A DNA stretch of 32,235 nt, taken from a virus. How positions within the stretch are numbered: position 1 is the stretch's first letter; each line of letters opens with the position of its first letter. The DNA lies in IMG/VR virus record IMGVR_UViG_3300037317_000075, positions 1 to 32,235 of that record; one strand, given 5' to 3'. The translations under genes were made by a program, and so were the position numbers. Of this stretch, positions 15,516-22,805 are shown piece after piece. The notes below the pieces were generated by a model that saw only the letters and a list, made by a program, of their open reading frames with translations, searched no databases and was not told the DNA's origin.

Positions 15516-16767
15516 CGTCTCGCTCGGCCAATTCAACGCACAGGCCCTCCGCCTCAGCGCGCTGCAACGTCACGTCCACATAGCGAGGCTCTATCTCTAT
15601 CCCGGCCAGCACACGGCGCAGGCGGTGCGCGGCGATAAGCGTGGGGCCACTGCCCAGGAAACCATCGAAGACCAATGCCCCCTCGTCGCTGCTCTTTTCG
15701 ATACAGCGCTGAATAAGCTCCACCGGTTTGGGGGTCAAATGCTCGGTTGCTGGGGGGCGCCCCGCTTGCCAGAGGTCCCGGTCGCGCTTGCCGCGCAGGG
15801 CGTGCCCTGGCCGAGACGCAAAGATACACACCTCCCACGACGGCGCATAGGTCGCCGTCGGGTCGCCTTTGCTGTACTCGATTTTGTCCCATACAATGAC
15901 GTTTCTGACCTTCTCCGGCAGCGCTTCTATCCACTTATGCATCACATCCCAGCGTGACCAGATGTACCACGCTTCTGCCGGAGGAAACGCTGCGAGCAGG
16001 CGGTGTGGCTGGGGCATGGCATCGTTTGCCAGGTCAGCGTGGCGGGGGCGCTCAATGTGCCGGTTGTAATTGATGCCATACGGGGGGTCGGTCACGACCA
16101 GCGCAACCGGCGCACCCTGCACCACGCGGGCAACCGCAACCGGGTCGGTACTGTCAGCGCAAAGGATGCGGTGTGTCCCATCGATAAGCCACAGGTCGCC
16201 TCGGCGCACCCGGCACGGCGCATCCTCGTCGGGGGCGAACCCATCACCCCCAGCCCCCGGCGCGGACTCTTCGTCGGCCAGCCCCAGCAGCAGGTCAAGG
16301 TCATCGCCAGACACTGACACCGGGAGTTCTTTGTGTTCGGCCAGGCCAGTCAACACATCAAGATACGCCGATTCATCCCATAGATTGGCGATGTCAACCG
16401 CAGTATAGGTGCCCCCGGCCAAGACCAGATTGTTGTGGTCAATGGCATACGCCTCTGCCGTCTCCTGACTCAAGGCATCCACGCCGAACAGCACCGGCAC
16501 CTGCCACTCTCCCTCAGCAATGCCCAGGCCCCTGGGCAGGTCGTGCCCCTGGGTCTGCATCCAGGCCAACGCCTCGGCGCGCCCATTGCCCTCGACCAGC
16601 CCTCCCTGGCCCGCATTCAATGCGGGCTCGTACTTGAGCGGGTCTTTGAACCCATACAACGCAATCGAGCGCGCAATGGCCCCCAGGTCGTGTTGCTTCG
16701 GGTTGCGCTCCCATTGCCGAGCCTGGCTGAGCGGAATATATCGCAGGGTCAATGTATCAGTCGTCAT
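15508..16767 (-). CDS. ParB-like nuclease domain fused to an N6A/N4C DNA methyltransferase
   Basis: The N-terminus WERNPKQHD is ParB/Srx-like. The catalytic motif IV is VTDPPYG, followed later by the SAM motif FDGFLGSGPT (beta-class order). Confidence 0.8.
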   Translation of the reverse strand: MTTDTLTLRYIPLSQARQWERNPKQHDLGAIARSIALYGFKDPLKYEPALNAGQGGLVEGNGRAEALAWMQTQGHDLPRGLGIAEGEWQVPVLFGVDALSQETAEAYAIDHNNLVLAGGTYTAVDIANLWDESAYLDVLTGLAEHKELPVSVSGDDLDLLLGLADEESAPGAGGDGFAPDEDAPCRVRRGDLWLIDGTHRILCADSTDPVAVARVVQGAPVALVVTDPPYGINYNRHIERPRHADLANDAMPQPHRLLAAFPPAEAWYIWSRWDVMHKWIEALPEKVRNVIVWDKIEYSKGDPTATYAPSWEVCIFASRPGHALRGKRDRDLWQAGRPPATEHLTPKPVELIQRCIEKSSDEGALVFDGFLGSGPTLIAAHRLRRVLAGIEIEPRYVDVTLQRAEAEGLCVELAERDDD

Positions 16768-16769
16768 AA

Positions 16770-16857
16770 AAATTCACCGAATCTTGCGCGGACGTCGGCC
16801 ATGTCGCAAGTATCCTGTTTTGGCTCTTCGGTTCACCCCCACGTGCGTGGGGACGTC
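16770..16857 (-). CRISPR. Type I-E-like mini-array: one intact 29-nt repeat, a 32-nt spacer and one degenerate repeat; no cas genes nearby
   Basis: On the - strand the repeat is GACGTCCCCACGCACGTGGGGGTGAACCG (16857..16829): stem CCCCAC/GTGGGG, 4-nt loop, 3' GTGAACCG. The spacer is AAGAGCCAAAACAGGATACTTGCGACATGGCC (16828..16797, exactly 32 nt). The degenerate repeat GACGTCCGCGCAAGATTCGGTGAATTTT (16796..~16770) abuts the methylase ATG. Confidence 0.7.
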
Positions 16858-16918
16858 ACGACGTTGAGCGTGCAAGCCGCCTGACTTCAGTCAGTGCGGT
16901 TTTCGATATCCCTCGCTT

Positions 16919-16927
16919 ATTATAGCA
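16919..16927 (-). promoter_or_regulatory. Extended -10 promoter (TGCTATAAT) upstream of the mini-array and methylase
   Basis: The - strand reads CTATGCTATAAT ~55 nt upstream of the solitary repeat. Confidence 0.45.
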
Positions 16928-16945
16928 TAGCGGGGCGGAAATCAG

Positions 16946-17167
16946 CTATGCCGAGAGCCCCTCGCGCCGATAATACATCACCAGCGCGCCGAGCAAGATG
17001 GGATAGTCCCCGATGGGAAATGCGGCACCATACTCGACGATGAGCCGAGCCGCGTTGTCAAAGTGCCGCGCTCGCACAGCGAGCGGGAGCCCCCCCAGGT
17101 CGGCCTGGTCAAGCTCCCGATAAATCGCTGCCCACTTGCGCGGATGCGGGCGGGGCCTTACGCCCAT
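16946..17167 (-). CDS. Hypothetical small protein
   Basis: 73-aa ORF whose start overlaps the end of the upstream ORF. No motif recognised. Confidence 0.45.
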   Translation of the reverse strand: MGVRPRPHPRKWAAIYRELDQADLGGLPLAVRARHFDNAARLIVEYGAAFPIGDYPILLGALVMYYRREGLSA

Positions 17168-17640
17168 AACAGATTGCTCTCGTGCATATCCAACACCCCC
17201 TGCCCTGGCATGCTTACGCGGTAGGTCGTGCTCTGATGCATCGTCCCATCCTCGCCTGCAATGTCTACCGTCGTACCGTTGAGCACCATGACCGGCACGC
17301 CAGTCAGTGTCGTTGCAACGCGACCTTCGTAAACCAGATAATCAATGTGGCGCAGCCAAATCGCCGCACACGCGACGCGAGCGCTACTCCGATGATACAC
17401 CTGGTCAATCAGGTCGGCCAGGTCGCTCAGCGTGCGCTGCTGATGCCAGTGCGCTTCCGTGTTCAGCAGAAAGCCGTAGTCTCGGAGAACCTCCATACCT
17501 TCGCTCCACAGCGTGGGCCGGGGGCCTCCAAATGGGGGCATTGGCAGCAGATATGCTTCGAGGATAGCCTGAACGCGCTCCATTGACCTCTCCGAAACGT
17601 ATGTCAGTGTCCCATCCGGCAACATACAAAGGAAAAACAT
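17158..17640 (-). CDS. Hypothetical protein (160 aa)
   Basis: Start set at ATG 17640 (MFFLCMLPDG) with GAAGGGCG upstream. The longer track ORF runs through a tRNA-like element and looks spurious there. Confidence 0.55.
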   Translation of the reverse strand: MFFLCMLPDGTLTYVSERSMERVQAILEAYLLPMPPFGGPRPTLWSEGMEVLRDYGFLLNTEAHWHQQRTLSDLADLIDQVYHRSSARVACAAIWLRHIDYLVYEGRVATTLTGVPVMVLNGTTVDIAGEDGTMHQSTTYRVSMPGQGVLDMHESNLLWA

Positions 17641-17695
17641 AGTATCGCCCTTCTTCGTTCGGGCCTGGCCCCATCGGTCAGACCCCTTGCTGGTG

Positions 17696-17799
17696 TGGTG
17701 GAGGTGGGCAGAGTTGAACTGCCGTGCTACACGTCGGTGCCCTCGCGGGCCTGGTTGCTTCGCTGTCGAACAGTGCGCCTTCCAGCTACACACAACCCC
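17696..17799 (-). other. tRNA-like element (T arm, acceptor 3' strand, CCA) in the 5' leader of the first early cassette
   Basis: The - strand 3' part reads GGCAG-TTCAACT-CTGCC-CACCTCC-A-CCA. A possible 5' partner is GGGGTTG at 17799..17793, with a D-arm-like GTGT-AGCTGGAAGGC-GCAC. I could not fold an anticodon arm, and the length (~104 nt) is too long for a canonical tRNA. Confidence 0.3.
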
Positions 17800-17864
17800 G
17801 TCGCCTAGTCGAAACCAAATCACCCCCGTCATTCCCCGTCAAAACCATCTCTCTCACACTTCTT

Positions 17865-17893
17865 ATTGTACCTCGTTTATCGTTATATGTCAA
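17865..17893 (-). promoter_or_regulatory. Class I promoter P1 (TTGACA-17-TACAAT)
   Basis: The - strand reads TTGACA TATAACGATAAACGAGG TACAAT. Confidence 0.65.
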
Positions 17894-17984
17894 GGATATA
17901 TGCAGAATGAGCGATGATGGCGGGGGATTTCAGGAAACGCGATACTCTCCTACCAACCTTTGTTAGTCACGCTCAAACAGGCTT

Positions 17985-18020
17985 GCTACGGGCCCCAGGT
18001 GTGCGCCTGGGGCCCGTAGC
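17985..18020 (-). terminator. Perfect 15-bp GC-rich hairpin closing the 18023..18451 cassette
   Basis: gctacgggccccagg-tgtgcg-cctggggcccgtagc lies immediately after the stop codon. There is no clear U tract. Confidence 0.5.
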
Positions 18021-18022
18021 AG

Positions 18023-18451
18023 CTACTCCTCGTCTTCAGTGCAATCCTCACCGTAGGCGATGCGGCGATGCGCCCGGCCCCGCGCCGTATGAATAAGCTC
18101 CTCTACCCGACGTGCCCAGGGGTCGCCTATCCAGTTCTTGTCGTCTTTGCTATCTGCCGTAACAAGCTCCCAGGGGAAGTCCTGAATCTGGCTATAGAAC
18201 CAGAGCGCTTCAGGCCATTGCAACAGCTTCGTCACACCCCGGCCCGATGCAACATGGGTGATAGTGTAGTAACGCTCTGAGAACTCCGGCACATCAGAGC
18301 CATAGGGAATCGTGCTCTGCGGCGTGATAACCATCGGACTATCAGGGTACGCATATCCCGGCACCTCGTAGCAACGCCTCGCGTCATACCGTACCATGAC
18401 AGTCGTTTCAATCAATGTGCAGTCGGTGGCTTCGGTGGCTTTGGTCGTCAT
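18023..18451 (-). CDS. Hypothetical early protein (142 aa)
   Basis: ATG at 18451 is preceded by ACGAAGGGAGCGAC. The upstream part of the track ORF is the translated promoter/UTR. Confidence 0.6.
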   Translation of the reverse strand: MTTKATEATDCTLIETTVMVRYDARRCYEVPGYAYPDSPMVITPQSTIPYGSDVPEFSERYYTITHVASGRGVTKLLQWPEALWFYSQIQDFPWELVTADSKDDKNWIGDPWARRVEELIHTARGRAHRRIAYGEDCTEDEE

Positions 18452-18509
18452 AAGTCGCTCCCTTCGTGTCTGCTCTGGCTCATTGCCAAAGCTCTTTCTT
18501 ACACTTCTT

Positions 18510-18538
18510 ATTGTACCTCGTTTGTCGGGATAGGTCAA
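18510..18538 (-). promoter_or_regulatory. Class I promoter P2 (TTGACC-17-TACAAT)
   Basis: The - strand reads TTGACC TATCCCGACAAACGAGG TACAAT. Confidence 0.65.
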
Positions 18539-18563
18539 TGGTTTATGCACGCCTTGCAATAAT

Positions 18564-18731
18564 ACGCCCGGTATGTTGGGCGCTGCTCATAGGCGCATTG
18601 CGCGGCGCTCTGCGGGCCCCTGAAAGCAGCGGGGCTTAGGGGTCGAGCGAAGAAACGGAGGGGGCTTGCTGGCGCTCCTGTCAAGCCAGGCGGCGCGCTG
18701 TGCCTGGTTTGTCTCTGCGCCTGCGAGCAAA
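18564..18731. repeat. Copy 1 of a ~170-bp duplicated intergenic element (partner at 21642-21810)
   Basis: The 49-nt block tcctgtcaagccaggcggcgcgctgtgcctggtttgtctctgcgcctgc is identical at 18676-18724 and 21753-21801. Further shared blocks are acgcccggt, ctctgcgggcccctga and gggcttaggggtcga. Confidence 0.9.
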
Positions 18732-18732
18732 G

Positions 18733-18764
18733 CCCTGGTCCCGGCTGTGTTGCCGGGACCAGGG
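18733..18764 (-). terminator. Hairpin terminator after the 18776..19123 gene
   Basis: ccctggtcccggc-tgtgtt-gccgggaccaggg (13-bp stem). The - strand continues CUUUGCU. Confidence 0.5.
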
Positions 18765-18775
18765 TCGAGCGGTGG

Positions 18776-19123
18776 TCAGTCGATGTTCTCCATTGCCAGA
18801 GCCGCGCTGGTGTAGTCGGCTGTATTCCAGTCGCGCCGGGCCCACTCGTCATCAAGGTCAGCCATCTGCTTCTTTATGGTTTCTTCCAGGTCGTGCAACG
18901 CATTGAGCCCCTCGCACAGCGCAATAGACATAGACCACAGTGCCTCGGCTTCCCATTCAGTCGCATGCTCTTTGAGGTCATCGGCAGTCGCGACCATCGC
19001 ATCGCGGGCCTTTGGCATCCGCGTCAGCGTATAGCGCACCTCAAAGAGCCGCCGGTCCAGCTCTCGATGTCGCTTGTCGTATTGCCGCCTGGTCATCTTT
19101 TTTGACTTCCTGGACGTTGCCAT
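18776..19123 (-). CDS. Hypothetical early protein (115 aa), basic N-terminus
   Basis: ATG at 19123 is preceded by ACGAAGGGAGATACC. Confidence 0.6.
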   Translation of the reverse strand: MATSRKSKKMTRRQYDKRHRELDRRLFEVRYTLTRMPKARDAMVATADDLKEHATEWEAEALWSMSIALCEGLNALHDLEETIKKQMADLDDEWARRDWNTADYTSAALAMENID

Positions 19124-19181
19124 CGTGGTATCTCCCTTCGTGACTGGCGGGGCGCGTTGCCCTGCTCTCTTGTGCGTTTCT

Positions 19182-19210
19182 AGTGTGCCTCGTTTGTCGA
19201 TTGTCGTCAA
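19182..19210 (-). promoter_or_regulatory. Class I promoter P3 (TTGACG-17-CACACT)
   Basis: The - strand reads TTGACG ACAATCGACAAACGAGG CACACT. Confidence 0.55.
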
Positions 19211-19273
19211 GTGTATATGCACGTCCTACGATAATGCAGCGCCCCGGCAACACCGGGGCGCTGGGAAGGGGCG

Positions 19274-19708
19274 CTAGATACCGGCCTCCTTCCGCGTGCA
19301 CGTCGCGCCCTTGAGCCAGCCCTGAGTGCCAATGTTCCGCGCCCACATACCGACCAGCTCCATCACCGAGCCATACGCACGGCGGCGATACCCGGTGATG
19401 CAGCCCGACTCGTTCACCTCGGCACACTCGGCGCGACTGCCGACGGCGTGCTGTGTGCACTCAACCGGGCACCACGCATCCGCCACGGTGGTCGTGCTAA
19501 ACACAATTTCGGGGTCTTTCATCACGTCGCCATACTGCACAAACGTATGAGCAACAGCGACCAGGCCGGGCGCGATGGTTTCCACGTACATCGGCTGGTA
19601 CGGGGCCATCTCGAAGCGCATATACGCGCCTACGCGGGTCAAATCGATTCCCTCACGGCGAGCCAGCGCTTCAATCTTCTGCTTCATCAGCTTGCTTGTC
19701 TTGAACAT
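19274..19708 (-). CDS. Hypothetical early protein (144 aa)
   Basis: ATG at 19708 is preceded by ACGAAGGGAGCAAC. It vaguely recalls small conserved proteins of conjugative and phage elements, but I cannot name the family with confidence. Confidence 0.6.
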   Translation of the reverse strand: MFKTSKLMKQKIEALARREGIDLTRVGAYMRFEMAPYQPMYVETIAPGLVAVAHTFVQYGDVMKDPEIVFSTTTVADAWCPVECTQHAVGSRAECAEVNESGCITGYRRRAYGSVMELVGMWARNIGTQGWLKGATCTRKEAGI

Positions 19709-19768
19709 TATCGTTGCTCCCTTCGTGTCTGCTCTGGCGCGTTGCCAAAGCTCTTTCTGATACTTCTT

Positions 19769-19797
19769 ATTGTACCTCGTTTACCTCGTATCGTCAA
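19769..19797 (-). promoter_or_regulatory. Class I promoter P4 (TTGACG-17-TACAAT)
   Basis: The - strand reads TTGACG ATACGAGGTAAACGAGG TACAAT. Confidence 0.65.
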
Positions 19798-19829
19798 GGC
19801 ATTATGTGTATCTTGCGATGATGCATAAA

Positions 19830-20012
19830 GATGGTCATTGTTGTCTATATCGCTTTTGTTCCTCGCACCACCGATATCGAATACACAACCGAGTATCTAC
19901 CATGTCGTGGTGCCCATAACGCCCTGGCACCACGGTGTAGCCCCACTCAGGCAAATGCAACACTCGCCATTCCTCTTGGCTTGCTGTCCCCTGCTAACGT
20001 CCTGTTCCTTAC
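19830..20012 (-). ncRNA. Candidate ~180-nt non-coding transcript (promoter P5 with no credible ORF), or a decayed cassette
   Basis: Downstream of P5 there is only a 7-codon ORF and no ACGAAGGGAG block. The region is AT-richer and contains the hairpin GTGGTGCC-N11-GGCACCAC on the - strand. Confidence 0.35.
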
Positions 20013-20019
20013 ACTTCTT

Positions 20020-20048
20020 ATTGTGCCTTGTTTATCGCATGTCGTCAA
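20020..20048 (-). promoter_or_regulatory. Class I promoter P5 (TTGACG-17-CACAAT)
   Basis: The - strand reads TTGACG ACATGCGATAAACAAGG CACAAT. Confidence 0.55.
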
Positions 20049-20136
20049 GGGGGTATGCATGTATTGCGATAATGGACTCTGACAGCACTGCGAGAGCAGG
20101 GGGCGCTGGGGAACTCCCCAGCGCCCCGGCTTCGGC

Positions 20137-20421
20137 CTAGCGCTCAATGATTTCGAGCGCCTCCTCAGCCGTAGCGAATGTCCCTGCATCCTCATCGGCC
20201 CATTCGGGCGGGTCGTTGCGGGTCTGCTGCCCCACGTACACCCAGCGGGTCAGGCTCCACCCCTGACCCGTGTGAGTCAGGTCGTAGCTCACCTCGCCCG
20301 TTTCGATGGTCAGATAGTCCCCAACCAGACCACAGCGAAAGCCCATGCTCTGCGCCGTCTCATAAGCGGCTTCCATCTGGTCAAAGTCCTGCGCGGCGGT
20401 GGTCATCGGAGCAGTGGTCAT
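20137..20421 (-). CDS. Hypothetical early protein (94 aa)
   Basis: ATG at 20421 is preceded by ACGAAGGGAGAAACC. It is followed by the hairpin ggggcgctgggg-aact-ccccagcgcccc (~20100-20127). Confidence 0.6.
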   Translation of the reverse strand: MTTAPMTTAAQDFDQMEAAYETAQSMGFRCGLVGDYLTIETGEVSYDLTHTGQGWSLTRWVYVGQQTRNDPPEWADEDAGTFATAEEALEIIER

Positions 20422-20484
20422 CTCTGGTTTCTCCCTTCGTAGCGGCTCTGGCTCATTGCCAGTGCTCTCTTTCTTACACTTCTT

Positions 20485-20513
20485 ATTGTACCTCGTTTGT
20501 CGGGCACTGTCAA
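20485..20513 (-). promoter_or_regulatory. Class I promoter P6 (TTGACA-17-TACAAT)
   Basis: The - strand reads TTGACA GTGCCCGACAAACGAGG TACAAT. Confidence 0.65.
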
Positions 20514-20549
20514 TAGTATATGTGGTTTATGCGATGATGCCCTGGGCAA

Positions 20550-20855
20550 TCAGGCAGTGGTTTTCGCCGTAAGCGCCGCCTTCTTGCGCTCTTGCGCCGC
20601 TTCGCGGCACTTCGGGCATAGACACGGCGCATTCTTACGGTTCTTCAGCTTCCGCTCAAAGGTGCGGTCACCGTCTTCCCATACTCGCACCACGATGTAG
20701 CCGATTCCTCGTTCGTTAGCAACCTGCGTAAGCCGTGCACCGTGGCCTGCGCGATGCTCTCGCAGCCGCTCTTCAATATCCTCTGTAAAGCCGAGATAAT
20801 GCTGCGTCGTATGCCGTTCAGAAATCGGTCGGTCGAAGTGTAGCAGATATACCAT
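20550..20855 (-). CDS. GIY-YIG-like nuclease family protein (101 aa)
   Basis: VYLLHF...HYLGFTEDIEERLREH...ERKLK fits the GIY / YIG / R / E spacing, with a C-terminal CLCPKC. Confidence 0.55.
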   Translation of the reverse strand: MVYLLHFDRPISERHTTQHYLGFTEDIEERLREHRAGHGARLTQVANERGIGYIVVRVWEDGDRTFERKLKNRKNAPCLCPKCREAAQERKKAALTAKTTA

Positions 20856-20912
20856 TGTGTCACCCTTCGTGTCTGCTCTGGCGCGCTGCCATCGCTCTTT
20901 CTTACACTTCTT

Positions 20913-20941
20913 ATTGTACCTCGTTTGTCGAACACAGTCAA
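20913..20941 (-). promoter_or_regulatory. Class I promoter P7 (TTGACT-17-TACAAT)
   Basis: The - strand reads TTGACT GTGTTCGACAAACGAGG TACAAT. Confidence 0.65.
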
Positions 20942-20994
20942 TGATTTATGCATACAATACGATTATGGGCCCTGGCCTGCCAGGGCCCGCTGGA

Positions 20995-21210
20995 CTAACA
21001 GACCCACGTATCTCGAAATTCGGGCGGGATAGATTCATCCGACAGCACACGCACCTGCTCCGGCGTGAGGTAGTGCGTCAGACGGGGGTTCTGCTCCTCG
21101 AACCGGTAGAATTCCCGGCCAGCGACCCGCTCGATGTGCGCGCTGAAGATGCATCCATAGAGACGGCTGTTGTGTCGGTCGTCGGTCACTTCAATAATAA
21201 TGGTGGTCAT
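20995..21210 (-). CDS. Hypothetical early protein (71 aa)
   Basis: ATG has GAAGGGAGAAAT upstream. It is the second gene of the P8 cassette and is followed by the hairpin gggccctggcctgccagggccc (20967-20988). Confidence 0.5.
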   Translation of the reverse strand: MTTIIIEVTDDRHNSRLYGCIFSAHIERVAGREFYRFEEQNPRLTHYLTPEQVRVLSDESIPPEFRDTWVC

Positions 21211-21263
21211 CGCTTATTTCTCCCTTCGGCGGCCCCGGCACTGCCAGGGCCGCGGCGTATTGC

Positions 21264-21545
21264 TCAGTACGGCTCGTTGCCATGTCCGTCACCGATGCCC
21301 CGAACCCACTCTTCTGCGTTCTCATAATCGCAGTGAATATACATCGCTCCCGCATCGTCGTAGCGCAGCCAGAGCGATGTATAGCTCAGAAAAACACAGT
21401 TATGCCCGCTGGCAATCAGGCTATCAACTTCCTCGTCGATGCGCTCAAGCAGGTCTTCCAGGTGATATTCTTCAAAAGTTCCGCTATCGCTGGCAATCTC
21501 ACGCTCAACGAAGCTGCTAAGCAGTTGTTTGACCTGTGCGTACAT
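21264..21545 (-). CDS. Hypothetical early protein (93 aa), acidic
   Basis: ATG at 21545 is preceded by GGAAGGGAGAAAC. Confidence 0.55.
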   Translation of the reverse strand: MYAQVKQLLSSFVEREIASDSGTFEEYHLEDLLERIDEEVDSLIASGHNCVFLSYTSLWLRYDDAGAMYIHCDYENAEEWVRGIGDGHGNEPY

Positions 21546-21587
21546 CGCTTGTTTCTCCCTTCCTGTTCGCTTTTCTCGTCTGTCTCT

Positions 21588-21616
21588 AGTGTACCTCGTT
21601 TATCGAGTATCGTCAA
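21588..21616 (-). promoter_or_regulatory. Class I promoter P8 (TTGACG-17-TACACT)
   Basis: The - strand reads TTGACG ATACTCGATAAACGAGG TACACT. Confidence 0.6.
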
Positions 21617-21641
21617 GGCATTATGCATACCTTGCGATGAT

Positions 21642-21810
21642 ACGCCCGGTGTGTTAGCCCCTGCCCGCAGACGCGCTGTGCGACGCTCTGCGGGCCCCTG
21701 AGAACAGCAGGGCTTAGGGGTCGAACGAGGAGGTGGGGGGGCCTGCCGGGTTTCCTGTCAAGCCAGGCGGCGCGCTGTGCCTGGTTTGTCTCTGCGCCTG
21801 CAAGCAAAGC
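21642..21810. repeat. Copy 2 of the ~170-bp duplicated intergenic element
   Basis: See copy 1. It occupies the same position relative to the flanking terminator hairpin and the next class I promoter. Confidence 0.9.
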
Positions 21811-21814
21811 AAAA

Positions 21815-21838
21815 CCCCCTGGCAGTGTTGCCAGGGGG
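21815..21838 (-). terminator. Intrinsic terminator after the SWIM-finger gene
   Basis: The - strand shows CCCCCUGGCA-ACAC-UGCCAGGGGG followed by UUUUGCUUUGCUU. Confidence 0.7.
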
Positions 21839-21853
21839 CGAGGCAGGCAGGAG

Positions 21854-22330
21854 CTACGCAGCCTTCGCAGCGACTTTCGCCGCGTCCTCTTCGAGTTGCG
21901 CTTCCCAGCTATCCAGCCACTCGCAGCCTTCTGCGTAGCTTTCAGCCAGGCCAAGCTCGTAGCCGTTATACACGACACGGAAGTAGCGCCCGCTTACGAA
22001 CACGCCGGTGGCGGGCTGTGTCATCTGCGTGATGCGACAGATGTTCAACAGCCGCTTCGCCGCTCGGTGCGTGCAGGGCTTGCCCTGTTCAGCGGCCTTG
22101 CACTCGCACTGCCCATTGACCTGGTACACGACACCCTCTTCGCGCTGGCTGGGGATATGCGCGACCACAATCTCACCCTTGCCATTCAGTTCGACCTCGA
22201 TAGCATCCAGGCTCAGCAGCAGGTCGTAGGCCCGGTCCAGAGCGCTACGCCATGCTTTGTTCATGGTGTGCATCGAAGCGTAGTGGTATGCCTGGTCGAG
22301 AATGTTGGCGTCGAAATAAATACTGGTCAT
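21854..22330 (-). CDS. SWIM-type zinc-finger protein (158 aa)
   Basis: GQCECKAAEQGKPCTHRAA fits CxCx(n)CxH. ATG is preceded by ACGAAGGGAGACACC. Confidence 0.6.
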   Translation of the reverse strand: MTSIYFDANILDQAYHYASMHTMNKAWRSALDRAYDLLLSLDAIEVELNGKGEIVVAHIPSQREEGVVYQVNGQCECKAAEQGKPCTHRAAKRLLNICRITQMTQPATGVFVSGRYFRVVYNGYELGLAESYAEGCEWLDSWEAQLEEDAAKVAAKAA

Positions 22331-22393
22331 CGTGGTGTCTCCCTTCGTAGCGGCTCTGGCTCATTGCCAGTGCTCTCTTTCTTACCTATCTCT

Positions 22394-22422
22394 AGTATAC
22401 CTCGTTTGTCTTGTAGTGTCAA
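22394..22422 (-). promoter_or_regulatory. Class I promoter P9 (TTGACA-17-TATACT)
   Basis: The - strand reads TTGACA CTACAAGACAAACGAGG TATACT. Confidence 0.6.
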
Positions 22423-22481
22423 GGATTTATGCAGGTTTTACGATAATGGGCCCTGGTCTGCCAGGGCCCAGCGGCAAGTCA

Positions 22482-22805
22482 TCACGCGCCGGGGAATTCG
22501 AGCACTATCTGCGCCAACCGACGACGGGCATCTTTGGGGGCATCGAGCCGCTTCAGAAGCCCCGCCTGGCTCAAGCCCTGCTGTTTGATGTGCCGCTGCC
22601 CTTTTTCCGACTGTACCAGTTCGCGGCCCCAGCGGAACAGGTCTTCTTCAGCTTCGCGCAGCCGCTCTTGCGCAAAGTCCAGCCGCCTATAGAGCTCTTC
22701 CGTGTAACTGCCGTTGGGCTCGCGCTGTTCGGCGTGCCAGAGGCGCTGCTCTACATCGTCATGCTCCTTCAGCGCTTCGTAATATTCGAGTGCAATACTG
22801 CTCAT
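22482..22805 (-). CDS. Hypothetical early protein (107 aa), helical and charged
   Basis: ATG at 22805 is preceded by ACGAAGGGAGTAAC. The hairpin gggccctggtctgccagggccc follows at ~22448-22469. Confidence 0.6.
   Translation of the reverse strand: MSSIALEYYEALKEHDDVEQRLWHAEQREPNGSYTEELYRRLDFAQERLREAEEDLFRWGRELVQSEKGQRHIKQQGLSQAGLLKRLDAPKDARRRLAQIVLEFPGA

Noticed and set aside
17696-17799. Calling this a bona fide tRNA gene
   Set aside because: Only the T arm, acceptor strand and CCA are convincing. No anticodon arm could be folded and the length is non-canonical. It is kept as a tRNA-like element only.
18535-21978. ORFs 18535..18855 and 21613..21978 crossing the duplicated 170-bp elements
   Set aside because: The two copies are not conserved in a common reading frame (indels break it). 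The ORFs also run through promoters and terminator hairpins.
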